Translations under genes and position numbers: made by a program | In this document: positions 8,942 to 20,705 of the stretch, piece by piece | How positions within the stretch are numbered: position 1 is the first letter of the stretch | How the letters are laid out: every line of letters starts with the position of its first letter | Notes under the pieces: model-generated | The model's database searches: none | What the model was told of the DNA's origin: nothing | What the model saw: the letters and a program-made list of their open reading frames with translations, nothing else | Source: an uncultured Rhodovibrionaceae bacterium | Lineage (GTDB): Bacteria; Pseudomonadota; Alphaproteobacteria; Kiloniellales; Rhodovibrionaceae | Reading direction: 5' to 3' | Assembly: GCA_964561005.1 (NCBI GenBank) | Contig: CAZLNO010000002.1 | Location: 12,073 to 76,072 of the forward strand | Length of the DNA: 64,000 nucleotides

Positions 8942-9864
8942 TTAGTCAGGAAACGCCCAGTTTCCAACCGCTTTTTCGCCATCGGCGGGAAAGCTCTTCG
9001 CCACCGTGGCGAGAACGCAACGCGGAATCCCCGCGAGGTCCGGCACGACGGCCCGGCAGTCCAGACCCGCGCCCGCGAACAGTGCCGCGACCGCCGCGTC
9101 CTGACCCGCCCCGACCTCCACCGCGGCAAGACCGCTTGGCGCCAGGACCCGGACCACGTCCGGGGCCAGCAACCGATAGGCGGACAAACCGTCGTCGCCG
9201 CCATCGAGCGCGCTCGGCGGATCGTGGCGGGCAACTTCCGGCGCCAATCGTGAGATATCGCTTGATACCACGTAGGGCGGGTTGCACACAACGATATCAA
9301 AGCGGCCCGCGAGCGCCCTTGTCCAGTCACTCGCGGCGAAAGCGGCACGCTCGACAAGGCCAAGGTCGGCGGCATTGGCCCGCGCCGTCGCCAGCGCGGC
9401 GGCGGAGCGGTCCACGCCGAGCCCCCAGGCGCCCGGCAGCTCGTGCAGCAGCGCCAGCAGCAGGCAGCCGCCCCCCGTCCCCAGGTCGAGAATCCGCAAG
9501 GGCGCCGCGCGATCGGGAATGCGGGCCAGCACCGCCTCGACCACGGTCTCGCTCTCCGGGCGCGGGTCCAGCGTCGCGGCGTTGACGCGCAGCGGCAGGC
9601 TCCAGAACTCCCGCCAGCCAAGGATGCGGGAGACCGGCGTGCGCGCCGCGCGGGCCTCGACCATCGCCGCGAAGCGCTCGGCCGTCGCCGGGTCCAGCAG
9701 CCGCTCGGGTGCGGTCAGCAGGACGCCCACATCCTCTTCAAGCAGCGCCGCCAGCAGCAGCCGCGCGTCCCTGCGCGGCCCGTCCACGCCGGCCGCGCGC
9801 AACCGTGCGGTCGCATCCGCCAGCGCGGCCCCGACCGTCCGGTCCGTCTTCCGCACCGGCGCGT

Positions 9865-9868
<4 letters not shown>
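8942..9868 (-). CDS. prmC: Peptide chain release factor N5-glutamine methyltransferase
   Basis: NPPY motif (VCNPPYV) and SAM-binding motif LDLGTGGG. The start overlaps the prfA stop by 4 nt. Confidence 0.9.
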
Positions 9869-10941
<1,073 letters not shown>

Positions 10942-10946
10942 CTCGG

Positions 10947-12254
10947 TTATCCTTCCCTTCCGTCGTTGCCGCCGCGGCCGGTCGATTGACCGCCGCCGCG
11001 CGGGTCGATGCCGAACAGGCGGCGCAGGCTGCGCTCGAGTTCGGCGCGCTCGGCCTCGTCCTCGGCGGCGGCGTCGCGCAGCGCCTGCGTCGGCTCGTGC
11101 AGCAGCCGGCGCACCAGCAGGCGCGTGGCCGACTCCGCGTCGAGCTTGCCGCTCGTCAACACGTCCGCGCGCACCGCCTCGAAGTGGTCGCGCAGCGCGG
11201 TCATGGCCGGCACCGCATCGCGCGCGCTGCGCTGGCGCTGAAAGGCGTCGAGTTCCTCGTCGACGATGCGCCAGGCGGCGAGCGCCGCCGCCTCGCGCCG
11301 GGCACGGCCATCGGCCGCCACCTGCTCCAGGTCGCCCAGGTCGTAGACGAAGGCCGGCTCCAGATCGTGCACCGCCGGGTCCACATCGCCGGGCACGGCG
11401 GCGTCCATGACGAATATAGGACGCTGGCGCCGGCGTTTCAGGACGCGGCGCATGGCGCCCTGCTCGATGGTGTACCGGCCCTCGCCCAGGCTGGCGACCA
11501 CGATGTCCGCCTCGGCCAGCGCGCTTTCCAGCTCGGGCCAGGGGCGCGCATGGCCGCCGGCCCGACGCGCCGCCAGCTCGGCCCGGCGCTGCGTCGGATG
11601 GACGAAGGTCAGCCGCGCGACGCCGGCCTCGCGAAGCTGCGCGGCCATCAGCTCGCCCATCTCGCCCAGGCCCACCAGCAGCGCGGACGCCCGGCGCAGG
11701 TCGCCCAGCACCTCGCGCGCCACCTTCAGCGCCGCGGTCGCGATGGAGACCGGCTGCTCGGCCAGCGCGGTCTCGGCGCGCACCCGCTTCGCGACGCCAT
11801 AGCCAGCCTGAAGGGCGGCCTCCAGCTCGCGGCCCACCATGCCGGCCTCGCTCGCCGCGCGGTGGCTGGCCTTGAGCTGGCCCAGCACGTGCGGCTCGCC
11901 CAGCACCTGGCTGTCCAGCGCCGCCGCCACGGCGAAGAGGTGGCGCAGCGCCGAAACCCCGCGCACGATGGAAAGCTGGGCGCCGACCGTCTCGCAGTCC
12001 ATCGCCGCCCAGCCGGCCAGCAGGCGCCCGGCGGTCAGCTCGGCATGGCCGAAGTCGTGGGTGACGGTGGCGATCTCGACCCGTTCGCAGGTGGCGATCA
12101 CCACGGCCTGCCCGAAGCCGGCGGCGCGCGCGTCGGCCAGCAGGGCGTGGCGATCGATGTCCTCGACGAACAGCCGCTCGCGCACCTCCGGCGGCGCCGA
12201 ACGGTGGCTCAGGCCCACGACGAGGTAGGCGCCCACGGACTCCGCGGCGGCCAC
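10947..12254 (-). CDS. hemA: Glutamyl-tRNA reductase (C5 pathway)
   Basis: GTG start. Catalytic-Cys motif ATCERVEI (compare TCNRxE), [10 protein letters not shown] (compare GExQILGQVK) and NADPH-binding VGLGEMGEL. It lies directly upstream of prfA-prmC, as in E. coli. Confidence 0.85.
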   Translation of the reverse strand: MAAAESVGAYLVVGLSHRSAPPEVRERLFVEDIDRHALLADARAAGFGQAVVIATCERVEIATVTHDFGHAELTAGRLLAGWAAMDCETVGAQLSIVRGVSALRHLFAVAAALDSQVLGEPHVLGQLKASHRAASEAGMVGRELEAALQAGYGVAKRVRAETALAEQPVSIATAALKVAREVLGDLRRASALLVGLGEMGELMAAQLREAGVARLTFVHPTQRRAELAARRAGGHARPWPELESALAEADIVVASLGEGRYTIEQGAMRRVLKRRRQRPIFVMDAAVPGDVDPAVHDLEPAFVYDLGDLEQVAADGRARREAAALAAWRIVDEELDAFQRQRSARDAVPAMTALRDHFEAVRADVLTSGKLDAESATRLLVRRLLHEPTQALRDAAAEDEAERAELERSLRRLFGIDPRGGGQSTGRGGNDGREG

Positions 12255-12270
12255 GGGGCGGCGCTCCGGG

Positions 12271-13518
12271 CTACTGGAACCGCGCCAGGCGCTCGCGCAG
12301 CGCGTCCAGACCCACCCGCTCCTGCGCGCCGCTGTCCAGGTCGCGCAGCGTGGCGGCGCTCTCCGCCAGTTCCTCCTCGCCGAGGATGACGGCCACGCGG
12401 GCGTGCGCCTTGTCGGCCCGCTTCAGCCGCTTGCCGAGGTTGCCGCCGTAGCCCAGTTCCACGGTGAAGCCGGCGTGGCGCAGTTCCTGGGTCAGCTTGA
12501 GCGCGGCGGCCTCCTGCGCCGCGCTGGCCGGCACCACCGCGACGGGGCGCACTGGCGCCACGTCCTGCCGCAGCAGCATCGCCAGGCGCTCCACCCCCGC
12601 CGCCCAGCCGGTGCCGGGCGTCGAGGGGCCGCCCATGGTCTCGATAAGCCCGTCGTAGCGGCCACCCGCCAGCACCGTGCCCTGCGCGCCCAGCGCCGTC
12701 GTGGTGAACTCGAAGCAGGTGTGGGTGTAGTAGTCCAGGCCGCGCACCAGGCGTTCGTTGAGCGTGTACGCCAGGCCCAGGGCATCCAGGCCCTGGAGCA
12801 CCTGGGCGAAGAAGTCCTGGCTGTAGGCATTCAGGTAGTCGGCGAAGCGCGGCGCGTCGGCGACGATCGCCCGGTCGTTCTCGTCCTTGGAGTCCAGGAT
12901 GCGCAGCGGGTTGCGGTGCAGCCGGTCGCGGCTGTCCTGCGAAAGCCGGTCCCGGAAGTCGTTGAAGTAGTCCACCAGCGCCGCGCGATACGCCTTGCGG
13001 CTGTCCAGATCGCCCAGGGTGTTCAGCTCCAGCGTGATGGCGTCCGACAACCCGATATCCGCCAGGAACTGCTGCGCCAGCGCGATGATCTCGACGTCGC
13101 CCAGCGGCTGCGCGACGCCCAGCAGCTCGATGTCGACCTGGTGGAACTGGCGCAGGCGGCCTTTCTGGGGGCGCTCGTGGCGGAACATCGGGCCGGTGTA
13201 GAAAACCTTCACCGGCACCTGCTGCTGCAGGCCGTTGGAGATGAAGGCGCGCGCCACGCCCGCCGTCGCCTCCGGGCGCAGGGTGACGGAGTCGCCTTCC
13301 TCGCGCACCGGGAAGGTGTACATCTCCTTGGTCACCACGTCCGAGGTCTCGCCCAGGGTGCGGCGGAAGATGTCGGTGAACTCGAACACCGGGGTGGCCA
13401 TCTCGTGATAGCCGTACTGCGCCGCGACGCGCCGGGCCGTATCCACGACGGCGCGGTGGCGGCGCATCCCCTCGGGCAGGATGTCGCGGGTGCCCCGGAC
13501 CGGCTGCAGGTTCTTCAC
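12271..13518 (-). CDS. hisS: Histidine--tRNA ligase
   Basis: Class II aaRS with the HisS-like N-terminus [15 protein letters not shown] (compare E. coli AKNIQAIRGMNDYLP). I chose the GTG at 13518, which is preceded by GGGAG. The ORF track start at 13557 (GTG) is an alternative that would overlap ispG. Confidence 0.9.
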   Translation of the reverse strand: MKNLQPVRGTRDILPEGMRRHRAVVDTARRVAAQYGYHEMATPVFEFTDIFRRTLGETSDVVTKEMYTFPVREEGDSVTLRPEATAGVARAFISNGLQQQVPVKVFYTGPMFRHERPQKGRLRQFHQVDIELLGVAQPLGDVEIIALAQQFLADIGLSDAITLELNTLGDLDSRKAYRAALVDYFNDFRDRLSQDSRDRLHRNPLRILDSKDENDRAIVADAPRFADYLNAYSQDFFAQVLQGLDALGLAYTLNERLVRGLDYYTHTCFEFTTTALGAQGTVLAGGRYDGLIETMGGPSTPGTGWAAGVERLAMLLRQDVAPVRPVAVVPASAAQEAAALKLTQELRHAGFTVELGYGGNLGKRLKRADKAHARVAVILGEEELAESAATLRDLDSGAQERVGLDALRERLARFQ

Positions 13519-13543
13519 GCGGCGGCTCCCGGCGGGCTCGGAG

Positions 13544-14710
13544 TCAAGCGGAGGCACGGGCGGGCGCCTCCGCTTCTTCCTGTGGGTCCTGGGCAGCGAC
13601 CTCCTCGGCGGCCTTCTTCGCCTCGATCTCGGCCGCCTTGGCCTCGACCTGCCTGACCAGGTGATCCACGATGTCCTCGTCCTTCAGGCGGTGGTGCGGC
13701 TGGCCGGCGATGTAGACCTGGTGCGTGCCGCGCCCGCCGCCGGTGAAGCCGACGTCGGTCATCAGCGCCTCGCCCGGACCGTTCACCACGCAGCCGATGA
13801 CCGAGACCGTCATCGGCGTGGAGATGTGCTCCAGCCGCTCCTCCAGCACGCGCACGGTCTCGATGACGTCGAATTGCTGGCGCGCGCAGGAGGGGCAGGA
13901 GATGACGTTCACGCCGCGATGACGCAGGCCCAGCGACTTCAGGATGTCGAAGCCGACCTTGACCTCCTCCACCGGGTCGGTGGACAGCGAAACGCGGATC
14001 GTGTCGCCGATGCCGGCCCACAGCAGGTTGCCCAGGCCGATGGCCGACTTGATGGTGCCGCTGCGCAGGCCGCCGGCCTCGGTGATGCCCAGGTGCAGCG
14101 GATAGTCGCAGACCTCCGCGAGCTGCATGTAGGCGGCGACGGCCAGGAAGACGTCGGAGGCCTTGCAGGAGATCTTGAACTCCCGGAAATCCTCGTCCTC
14201 CAGGATCTTCATATGCTCCTGCGCGCTCTCCACCATCGCCTCGGGACAGGGCTCGCCGTACCGCTCCAGCAGGTGGCGCTCCAGCGAGCCGGCGTTGACG
14301 CCGATGCGCATCGAGCAGCCGTGGTCCTTCGCCGCCTTCACCACCTCCTTGACGCGCTCGCGCGAGCCGATGTTGCCGGGATTGATGCGCAGGCAGGCCG
14401 CGCCGGCCTCCGCCGCCTCGATGGCGCGCCTGTAGTGGAAGTGGATGTCGGCGACGATCGGCACCTTGACCGCGCGCACGATCTGCCGCAGCGCCTGGGT
14501 CGACTCCACGCTGGGGCAGGAAACGCGGACGATGTCGGCCCCGGCGTCCTCCAGGCGCTGGATCTGCTCGATCGTGCCCTTGACGTCCTCGACGGCCGTG
14601 TTGGTCATCGACTGCACGGTGATGGGCGCGTCACCGCCGACCTTGACGTCGCCGACGCGGATCTGCCGCGAGGGCCGGCGGTGGATGTCGCGATACGGGC
14701 GGACACTCAT
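13544..14710 (-). CDS. ispG: 4-hydroxy-3-methylbut-2-en-1-yl diphosphate synthase
   Basis: Inside ORF 13544..14809; ATG at 14710 gives [38 protein letters not shown], a typical GcpE N-terminus. Cys-containing motifs ([17 protein letters not shown]) are present. Confidence 0.95.
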   Translation of the reverse strand: MSVRPYRDIHRRPSRQIRVGDVKVGGDAPITVQSMTNTAVEDVKGTIEQIQRLEDAGADIVRVSCPSVESTQALRQIVRAVKVPIVADIHFHYRRAIEAAEAGAACLRINPGNIGSRERVKEVVKAAKDHGCSMRIGVNAGSLERHLLERYGEPCPEAMVESAQEHMKILEDEDFREFKISCKASDVFLAVAAYMQLAEVCDYPLHLGITEAGGLRSGTIKSAIGLGNLLWAGIGDTIRVSLSTDPVEEVKVGFDILKSLGLRHRGVNVISCPSCARQQFDVIETVRVLEERLEHISTPMTVSVIGCVVNGPGEALMTDVGFTGGGRGTHQVYIAGQPHHRLKDEDIVDHLVRQVEAKAAEIEAKKAAEEVAAQDPQEEAEAPARASA

Positions 14711-14906
14711 GACGTGGCTCTCTGCCGAATGACGGGGCGCAGTCTTCGCAGCTGCGCACGAACTCCTATACCGAGCGGCGCTCCGCGAGCAACCGCCGTG
14801 AGATGACACCCTTGTAACATGGCCGCCGGGCAGGTCGAAAACCAGGGACCAGCTATCCGGAAAACCGGGCGAAAGCTCGGCCGACGCCGGATCGACCGCC
14901 CGGCGC

Positions 14907-15173
14907 CTAGCCGGCCAGCGCCCTTGCCAGGCCGAAGCCGACGGCCACGATCCCGGCGTTCACCGCCAGGACGGCGGTCACGATCTGAATCAGCGTGGGC
15001 GTCTTGGCCGACATCTCGGACACCTGCCCTTCCAGCCGGCTGACGCGTGTATTGAGGTCCTTGATCTCGATCTGGATCTGGCGCACCGACTCTTGCATCC
15101 GATCGAGCGCCGGCTCCAATCGACGCAGAATCTCCAGGGTCTCATCCTCGTTACGACGCGCCGGATCCGCCAT
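14907..15173 (-). CDS. Small coiled-coil protein with a C-terminal transmembrane anchor (hypothetical)
   Basis: 88 aa with a strong SD (AGGAGGAGGA) 7-8 nt upstream of the ATG. Heptad-like N-terminal half ([39 protein letters not shown]) followed by a hydrophobic tail ([23 protein letters not shown]). Codon usage matches the host. Confidence 0.55.
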   Translation of the reverse strand: MADPARRNEDETLEILRRLEPALDRMQESVRQIQIEIKDLNTRVSRLEGQVSEMSAKTPTLIQIVTAVLAVNAGIVAVGFGLARALAG

Positions 15174-15271
15174 TGACTCCGTTCCTCCTCCTGAGAATTC
15201 AGTTTAGCGTGCCGGAGCCTTTTTAGCACGGCCTCCCGGGATGTCGAAATCCAGGGACCGCCAAACCCGGC

Positions 15272-16744
15272 CTACCGCAGGCTCTCGGGGTCGAGGCTGA
15301 TGTTGCGGCGGACCTCGCCGCTGTCGCCCAGCGAGCCGGTGGAACGCCCGTCCACCAGCACCTCCAGGCCGCCGGCGTTGCCCGTGTGCAGCACGAGGCC
15401 CGTCTCGTTGGGGACGCGATAGACGTCGCCGGCATGCAGCACCCGGGTCAACAGCAGGCTGTCGCCCGGCCCGCGCACCTGCACCCAGCTATCCTGCAGC
15501 GCCCGCAGCAGCACGCGGGAATCCGTGTTGTTGCCGCCAAAGACGCGCTCGGCCTGCTCCAGCACCGCCACCTGCGGCGGCGACGCCCCCGCCACGATGT
15601 CGTCGCCCGACTCGGTCGCCGCGGCTGGGGCGTCGATCTCCGGGATCGCCGGCGGACCGTCCTCGCCGCTCTCGGCGAGTGTGCCACCCGCCCCGCCAGC
15701 CTCGGCCGTCCCCGCCCCGGTCGGCGGATCGGTGTCGGTGGATGGCTCGGGGACAGTCGCCACCGACTCCGGCCCCCCGGTATCCGCCGCTGGCTCGGTC
15801 ACGGGTGCCGCTTGCGCCTCGGTCGCGTCGCCGCGATCACGCGTCATGGCCTGGGATGTCGCCGGTGCGGGCGCGGGTTCGTCCTCGCCCTCGATCCGCG
15901 GCACCGCCGGCAGCGCCTCGTCCGCCTCGGTTTCTGTCGCCGCCTCGGTCGGTCCTGTGGCCGCGCCGCCGGACCGGGCGTCCCCGGTCGCCGATGCCCG
16001 CGGTTCGCCCGCGCCGCCCGACGCATCCCCGCGGGCATCCAGGGGAGCGTCAGCGGACGCCGCGCTCTCGCGCCCTGCGTCCAAGGACCCGCCCCCCTCC
16101 CCCGTCTCCGGATCCGCGCCCGGCTGACTCGGAGCAGCGCGCGTCGCGACCTCGGCCTCGCCGGTGGTCGGAGCCCCAAGCTCCGGCCCGGCGCCCTCGA
16201 CCTCGCCCTCCGCGACCGATGTCGGCTCTTCATCGCCGACGAGTTCCTTCAGTCGATCCGGCACCGCCGGCACCAGATCGGAGACCGAGCGGCCGTGGCT
16301 GGTCATGTAGTACCAGCCGCCGTAAGCCGCCGCGATCAGCACCAGCGACACCAGCAGCACCGCGCCGCCCGGCACCTTGCCCTCGTTCACCGGCTTGGGG
16401 AAGTGCAGCTCCTGGGCGCTGTCGATGCCGGCGACCTCGTCCTTGAAGCGCCGGACCACTTCCTGCTCGTCAAGGTCCAGATAGTTGGCGTAGCTGCGCA
16501 CGAAGCCCACGGCGTAGGTGGCGCCGGGCAGATCGTCGTAGCGGCCCCGCTCGATCGCCTCGAGATAGGCCAGCCGGATGCGCAGAATCTGCGCCACCGT
16601 GGGGAGGTCATAGCCGTGGTGCTCACGCGCCTGGCGCAGTACCCGTCCGACACTATCCCGCGGCGCCTGGCCGCCGGCGGCGAGTCGCGGCTCGCCGCCG
16701 GCTTCCCAGGACCCTTCGTGCCACTGCCTGTTTTCGTCGGCCAT
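15272..16744 (-). CDS. rodZ: RodZ-like cytoskeleton protein (HTH domain, TM segment, long Pro/Ala/Glu-rich linker, DUF4115-like C-terminus)
   Basis: N-terminal HTH (GRVLRQAREHHGYDLPTVAQILRIRLAYLEAIERGRYDDLPG), a TM segment (GGAVLLVSLVLIAAAYGGWYY) and a low-complexity linker. Gene order rodZ-ispG-hisS matches E. coli. Confidence 0.75.
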   Translation of the reverse strand: MADENRQWHEGSWEAGGEPRLAAGGQAPRDSVGRVLRQAREHHGYDLPTVAQILRIRLAYLEAIERGRYDDLPGATYAVGFVRSYANYLDLDEQEVVRRFKDEVAGIDSAQELHFPKPVNEGKVPGGAVLLVSLVLIAAAYGGWYYMTSHGRSVSDLVPAVPDRLKELVGDEEPTSVAEGEVEGAGPELGAPTTGEAEVATRAAPSQPGADPETGEGGGSLDAGRESAASADAPLDARGDASGGAGEPRASATGDARSGGAATGPTEAATETEADEALPAVPRIEGEDEPAPAPATSQAMTRDRGDATEAQAAPVTEPAADTGGPESVATVPEPSTDTDPPTGAGTAEAGGAGGTLAESGEDGPPAIPEIDAPAAATESGDDIVAGASPPQVAVLEQAERVFGGNNTDSRVLLRALQDSWVQVRGPGDSLLLTRVLHAGDVYRVPNETGLVLHTGNAGGLEVLVDGRSTGSLGDSGEVRRNISLDPESLR

Positions 16745-16991
16745 GCAAGCTGTCTTGGTCGTGGTTGCAATGCGCCTGTGACGGCACGCGCGTCAAACTC
16801 GGTCGAAGCGTGGAAAACGGTCGTGGACCGAAGCGGCCCGCCGGGTCGCGCCACGTCGTCCGGCCATGCGCCGGAAACGCCTCACTGCCGCGCCCACCCG
16901 GAAAGTTCGGGCTTAGACGGTCTTGTAGCAGACGATCGACATCCGCCGCAAACGGTTCGACACCCCTCGATGGCGACATTGGCGGGCGTTT

Positions 16992-19274
16992 CTAGATGGC
17001 AACGCCGTGATCGAGCGCGAAGCCGCGCAGGCACTCACGCAGACTATGATGGCCGCCGACCGCCCGGTGGCGCAAGAGGTCTTCGACTCCGGCAAGCTCC
17101 AGCGTCCGGATCATGGAGCGCACGGCCGGCACCGCGCGCGGCGCCATCGACAGCGTGCGCACGCCGCAGCCCAGCAGCAGCATGGCCTCCAGCGGATGTC
17201 CCGCCATCTCGCCGCAGACCGAGACCTCGACCCCGGCCGCCCGGGCGCGCCGGGCCAGGTCGCCCAGCGCCGCCGCCACCGCTGGCGACAGCGGGTCGTA
17301 GCGCCGCGCCAGGCGCGGATTGCCGCGGTCGCTGGCGAAGAGGAACTGCATCAGATCGTTGCTGCCCAGCGCCAGGAAGTCGATCTGCCGGAAGAGCTGC
17401 GGAAGCTGCCAGAGCAGCGCCGGCACCTCCAGCATCACCCCCACGCGCAGCGCGGCGGGAAGCGTGCCGCCGGCGGCCCGCTGACGTGCCAGCTCCAGAT
17501 CGACCAGCTCGCGCGCCGCCGCCACTTCCGCGACCTCGCTGACCATCGGGAACATCACGCGCAGCTCGCGACCGGCCGCCGCCCGGATCAGGGCGCGAAG
17601 CTGCTGGCGCAGGATGGCCGGGCGGTCCAGGCCGACCCGCAGGCCGCGCCAGCCCATCGCCGGGTTCTCGTCGTCGCCGCCGCCGCGCCAGTAGGGCAGC
17701 ACCTTGTCGCCGCCGACGTCGAGGGTACGGAAGACCACGGGCTTGTCCCCGGTGTGCGCCAGCACGCGCTCGTAGAGACGGGTCTGGGCGCCGACGTCGG
17801 GGAAGTCCCGACGGACCATGAACGGCACCTCTGTGCGATACAGTCCGATGCCGTCGGCGCCGCTCTCCTCGAGCTGCGGCAGGTCGACCAGCAGGCCGGC
17901 GTTGATCATCAGCTTGACGCGCACGCCGTCGCGGCTCACCGGCGGCAGGTCGCGGTCGGCGGCGAACAGCGCCGCGCGGCGGGCGCGCAGGGCCATGCTC
18001 TCGGCAAAGCTCTCGCTCACCCCCTCGCCCGGACGCAGCAGGAACTGCCCGGTGTCGCCGTCGACCAGCGCCTCGTCGCCCGGTCGCGCCTCCTTCAGCA
18101 CCCCGCGGCAGCGCCCCAGCACCGGAATGTCCAGGGCGCGGGCCACGATCGCCACATGCGCCGTGGCCGAGCCCTCCTCCAGCACCACCGCGCGCAGCTT
18201 GGCCCGGTCGTAGTCCAGCAACTCGGCCGGCCCCAGGTTGCGGGCGACCAGGATGACGTCGTCGGGCAGTTCCTCGGTCTCGGCGCTGCCCTTCGCGCCC
18301 AAGAGATGGTGCAACAGGCGGTTGGTCAGGTCGTCCAGATCCGACAGCCGCTCGCGCAGGTAAGGATCCGTGACCTGGCTCATGCGCGCGCGGGTGTCGT
18401 TCTGCACCTTCTGCACCGCCGCCGCCGCCGTCAGGCCGCCGCGCACGGCCTCGCGGATGCGGTTCAGCCAGCCGTGGTCCTCCGCGAACATGCGATAGCT
18501 GGCCAGCACTTCCTCGTGCTCGCTGCCCCGGCCGTGGGCGTAGGCGTCGCGGAACAGCCTGTCCAGGGAGGCGTGCATTTCGCGCACCGCCGCATCGAGG
18601 CCGTCCAGTTCGGCCTGCGGGTCCTCGGCAACGGTCTGGCGAATGACGATGCCGCGCTGGTGCGGCACCACCCGGCCCATCGCCAGGCCCTCGTTGAGCA
18701 CGATGGCGCGCAGGCGCACGGGGTTCAGGGCTGCGGTCTGGGCGACGCGCGCCTCGGTGGGGGCCACCAGCTCGCCGCCGGCCACCAGCTCCGCCAGCAG
18801 CATGGCGACGGTCTCCAGCGCCTCCAGCTCCTCCTCGGCGTAGTCGCGCGGCGTGACGTTCTGCACCACCAGCACGCCCAGCACGCGGCCGTCGCGCAGG
18901 ATCGGCACGCCCATCAGCGACTGGTAGATCTCCTCCCCGGTCTCCGGGCGGTAGGCGAAGTCGGGGTGGCGCTGGGCGTCGGCCAGCCGCAGGGCGCGGG
19001 CGGTGAGCGCGATGCGCCCCACCAGGCCCTCGCCCAGGCGCAGGCGGGTGTGGTGCACCGCCTCGGGCTTCAGGCCCTTGGTCGCGAAGAGTTCCAGGAC
19101 CTCGCCGGCGCGCAGCACATAGACCGAGCAGACCTCCGCGACCATGTCCTGCGCGATCAGCGTGACGATGCGGTCCAGGCGCTCCTGCGCCGTGCCGCCG
19201 CCCTTCATGATGTCGCGCAGCAGCCGCAAGAGCCGGCGCGGACCGGTCCAGCCGCTCACCTGTTGAACCGTCAT
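16992..19274 (-). CDS. ptsP: Phosphoenolpyruvate-protein phosphotransferase PtsP (EI-Ntr, GAF + EI domains)
   Basis: N-terminal GAF region (VCSVYVLRAGEVLELFATKGL) and EI core including GGxTxH-like SATAHVAIVARALDIPV and the PEP-utilising C-terminus. The ATG at 19274 was preferred over 19304. Confidence 0.9.
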   Translation of the reverse strand: MTVQQVSGWTGPRRLLRLLRDIMKGGGTAQERLDRIVTLIAQDMVAEVCSVYVLRAGEVLELFATKGLKPEAVHHTRLRLGEGLVGRIALTARALRLADAQRHPDFAYRPETGEEIYQSLMGVPILRDGRVLGVLVVQNVTPRDYAEEELEALETVAMLLAELVAGGELVAPTEARVAQTAALNPVRLRAIVLNEGLAMGRVVPHQRGIVIRQTVAEDPQAELDGLDAAVREMHASLDRLFRDAYAHGRGSEHEEVLASYRMFAEDHGWLNRIREAVRGGLTAAAAVQKVQNDTRARMSQVTDPYLRERLSDLDDLTNRLLHHLLGAKGSAETEELPDDVILVARNLGPAELLDYDRAKLRAVVLEEGSATAHVAIVARALDIPVLGRCRGVLKEARPGDEALVDGDTGQFLLRPGEGVSESFAESMALRARRAALFAADRDLPPVSRDGVRVKLMINAGLLVDLPQLEESGADGIGLYRTEVPFMVRRDFPDVGAQTRLYERVLAHTGDKPVVFRTLDVGGDKVLPYWRGGGDDENPAMGWRGLRVGLDRPAILRQQLRALIRAAAGRELRVMFPMVSEVAEVAAARELVDLELARQRAAGGTLPAALRVGVMLEVPALLWQLPQLFRQIDFLALGSNDLMQFLFASDRGNPRLARRYDPLSPAVAAALGDLARRARAAGVEVSVCGEMAGHPLEAMLLLGCGVRTLSMAPRAVPAVRSMIRTLELAGVEDLLRHRAVGGHHSLRECLRGFALDHGVAI

Positions 19275-19309
19275 GGGCGTTCGGCACCCTCCGAGAGCGG
19301 GCACCGCCC

Positions 19310-20530
19310 CTATTCGGCGTCGAGACCGTAGGCGGTGTGCAGACTGCGCAGGGCGAGCTCCAGGTACTCCTCGGCGATCAGGACGCTGACCTTGATCTCG
19401 GAGGTGGAGATCACCTGGATGTTGATCCCCTTGTCGGACAGCGCCCGGAACATGGCCTGGGCGATGCCGGCGTGGCTGCGCATGCCGACCCCGATGACCG
19501 AGACCTTGACCACGTTCTTGTCCGGCCGCAGCTCCTGAAAGCCCAGCGCCTCGCGCTGGCTCTCCAGCACCTTCATGGCGCGGTCGAAGTCGGCCTTGGT
19601 CACGGTAAAGGTGAGGTCGGTCTCGCCGCCGGACGGCGAGACGTTCTGCACGATCATGTCGACGTTGATGTGCTCGTCGGCGAGGGGGCCGAAGATGCCC
19701 GCCGCCGCCCCCGGCTTGTCGGGCACGCGGGTCAGGGTGATCTTGGCCTCGTCGCGGCTGTAGGCGATTCCGCTGACGACCTGCTGTTCCACGATCTCGT
19801 CCTCGTCTACCACCAGTGTGCCCGGAAGGTCCTCGAAGCTGGAGCGCACCTGCACGCGCACGCCGTGCTTCATGGCCATCTCGACCGCGCGGGTCTGCAG
19901 GACCTTGGCGCCCTGCGAGGCCATCTCCAGCATCTCCTCGTAGGTGATCTTATCGAGCTTGTGCGCCCGCGCAACGACGCGGGGGTCGGTGGTGTAGACC
20001 CCGTCCACGTCGGTGTAGATGTCGCAGCGGTCGGCGCCCAGCGCGGCGGCGATGGCCACCGCCGAGGTATCCGAGCCACCGCGGCCAAGCGTGGCGACGC
20101 GGTTGTCCGGCGCCAGGCCCTGGAAGCCGGCGAAGACCGCCACCTGACCCTCACCCATGCGACGGATGATCTCCGCGCCCTCGATCTCCCGGATGCGGGC
20201 GCTGCCATGCGCGCCATCGGTGCGGATCGGCACCTGCCAGCCCAGCCACGACCGCGCCGGGACGCCCAGCTCCTGCAGCGCGATCGCCATCAGGCCGACG
20301 GTGACCTGCTCGCCGGCGGAGACCACGGTGTCGTACTCGCGCAGGTCGAACAGCCGCGCGGTGTCCTGCACGTAGCCCGCCAGCTCGTTGGTGACCCCGG
20401 CCATGGCCGAGACGACGACACCCACCTCGTTGCCGGCGTCGACCTCCGCCTTCACCTTCTCGGCGGCCTTCTTGATGCGGTCCACGTTGGCGACGCTGGT
20501 GCCGCCAAACTTCATCGCGATGCGGGCCAT
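19310..20530 (-). CDS. lysC: Aspartate kinase
   Basis: Inside ORF 19310..20839; ATG at 20530 gives MARIAMKFGGTSVANVDRIKKAAEKV, the classic aspartokinase N-terminus. Tandem ACT domains at the C-terminus. Confidence 0.95.
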   Translation of the reverse strand: MARIAMKFGGTSVANVDRIKKAAEKVKAEVDAGNEVGVVVSAMAGVTNELAGYVQDTARLFDLREYDTVVSAGEQVTVGLMAIALQELGVPARSWLGWQVPIRTDGAHGSARIREIEGAEIIRRMGEGQVAVFAGFQGLAPDNRVATLGRGGSDTSAVAIAAALGADRCDIYTDVDGVYTTDPRVVARAHKLDKITYEEMLEMASQGAKVLQTRAVEMAMKHGVRVQVRSSFEDLPGTLVVDEDEIVEQQVVSGIAYSRDEAKITLTRVPDKPGAAAGIFGPLADEHINVDMIVQNVSPSGGETDLTFTVTKADFDRAMKVLESQREALGFQELRPDKNVVKVSVIGVGMRSHAGIAQAMFRALSDKGINIQVISTSEIKVSVLIAEEYLELALRSLHTAYGLDAE

Positions 20531-20705
20531 GCGCGCTCCTGGCCAGCGGTCCTGATTGCGGAAACTGTCGGGAAGGGGCCCGCGAAGCCGCGGCGATATC
20601 CCGGACGGCCGCTTGCCCGGCCGCGTGGCATTATCCATACTCTTTCGCGCGCCGCCGCGCAACATAGCCGGTGTCTCCGGCGCACAGCAAGGAGGTCGGG
20701 GAGGC

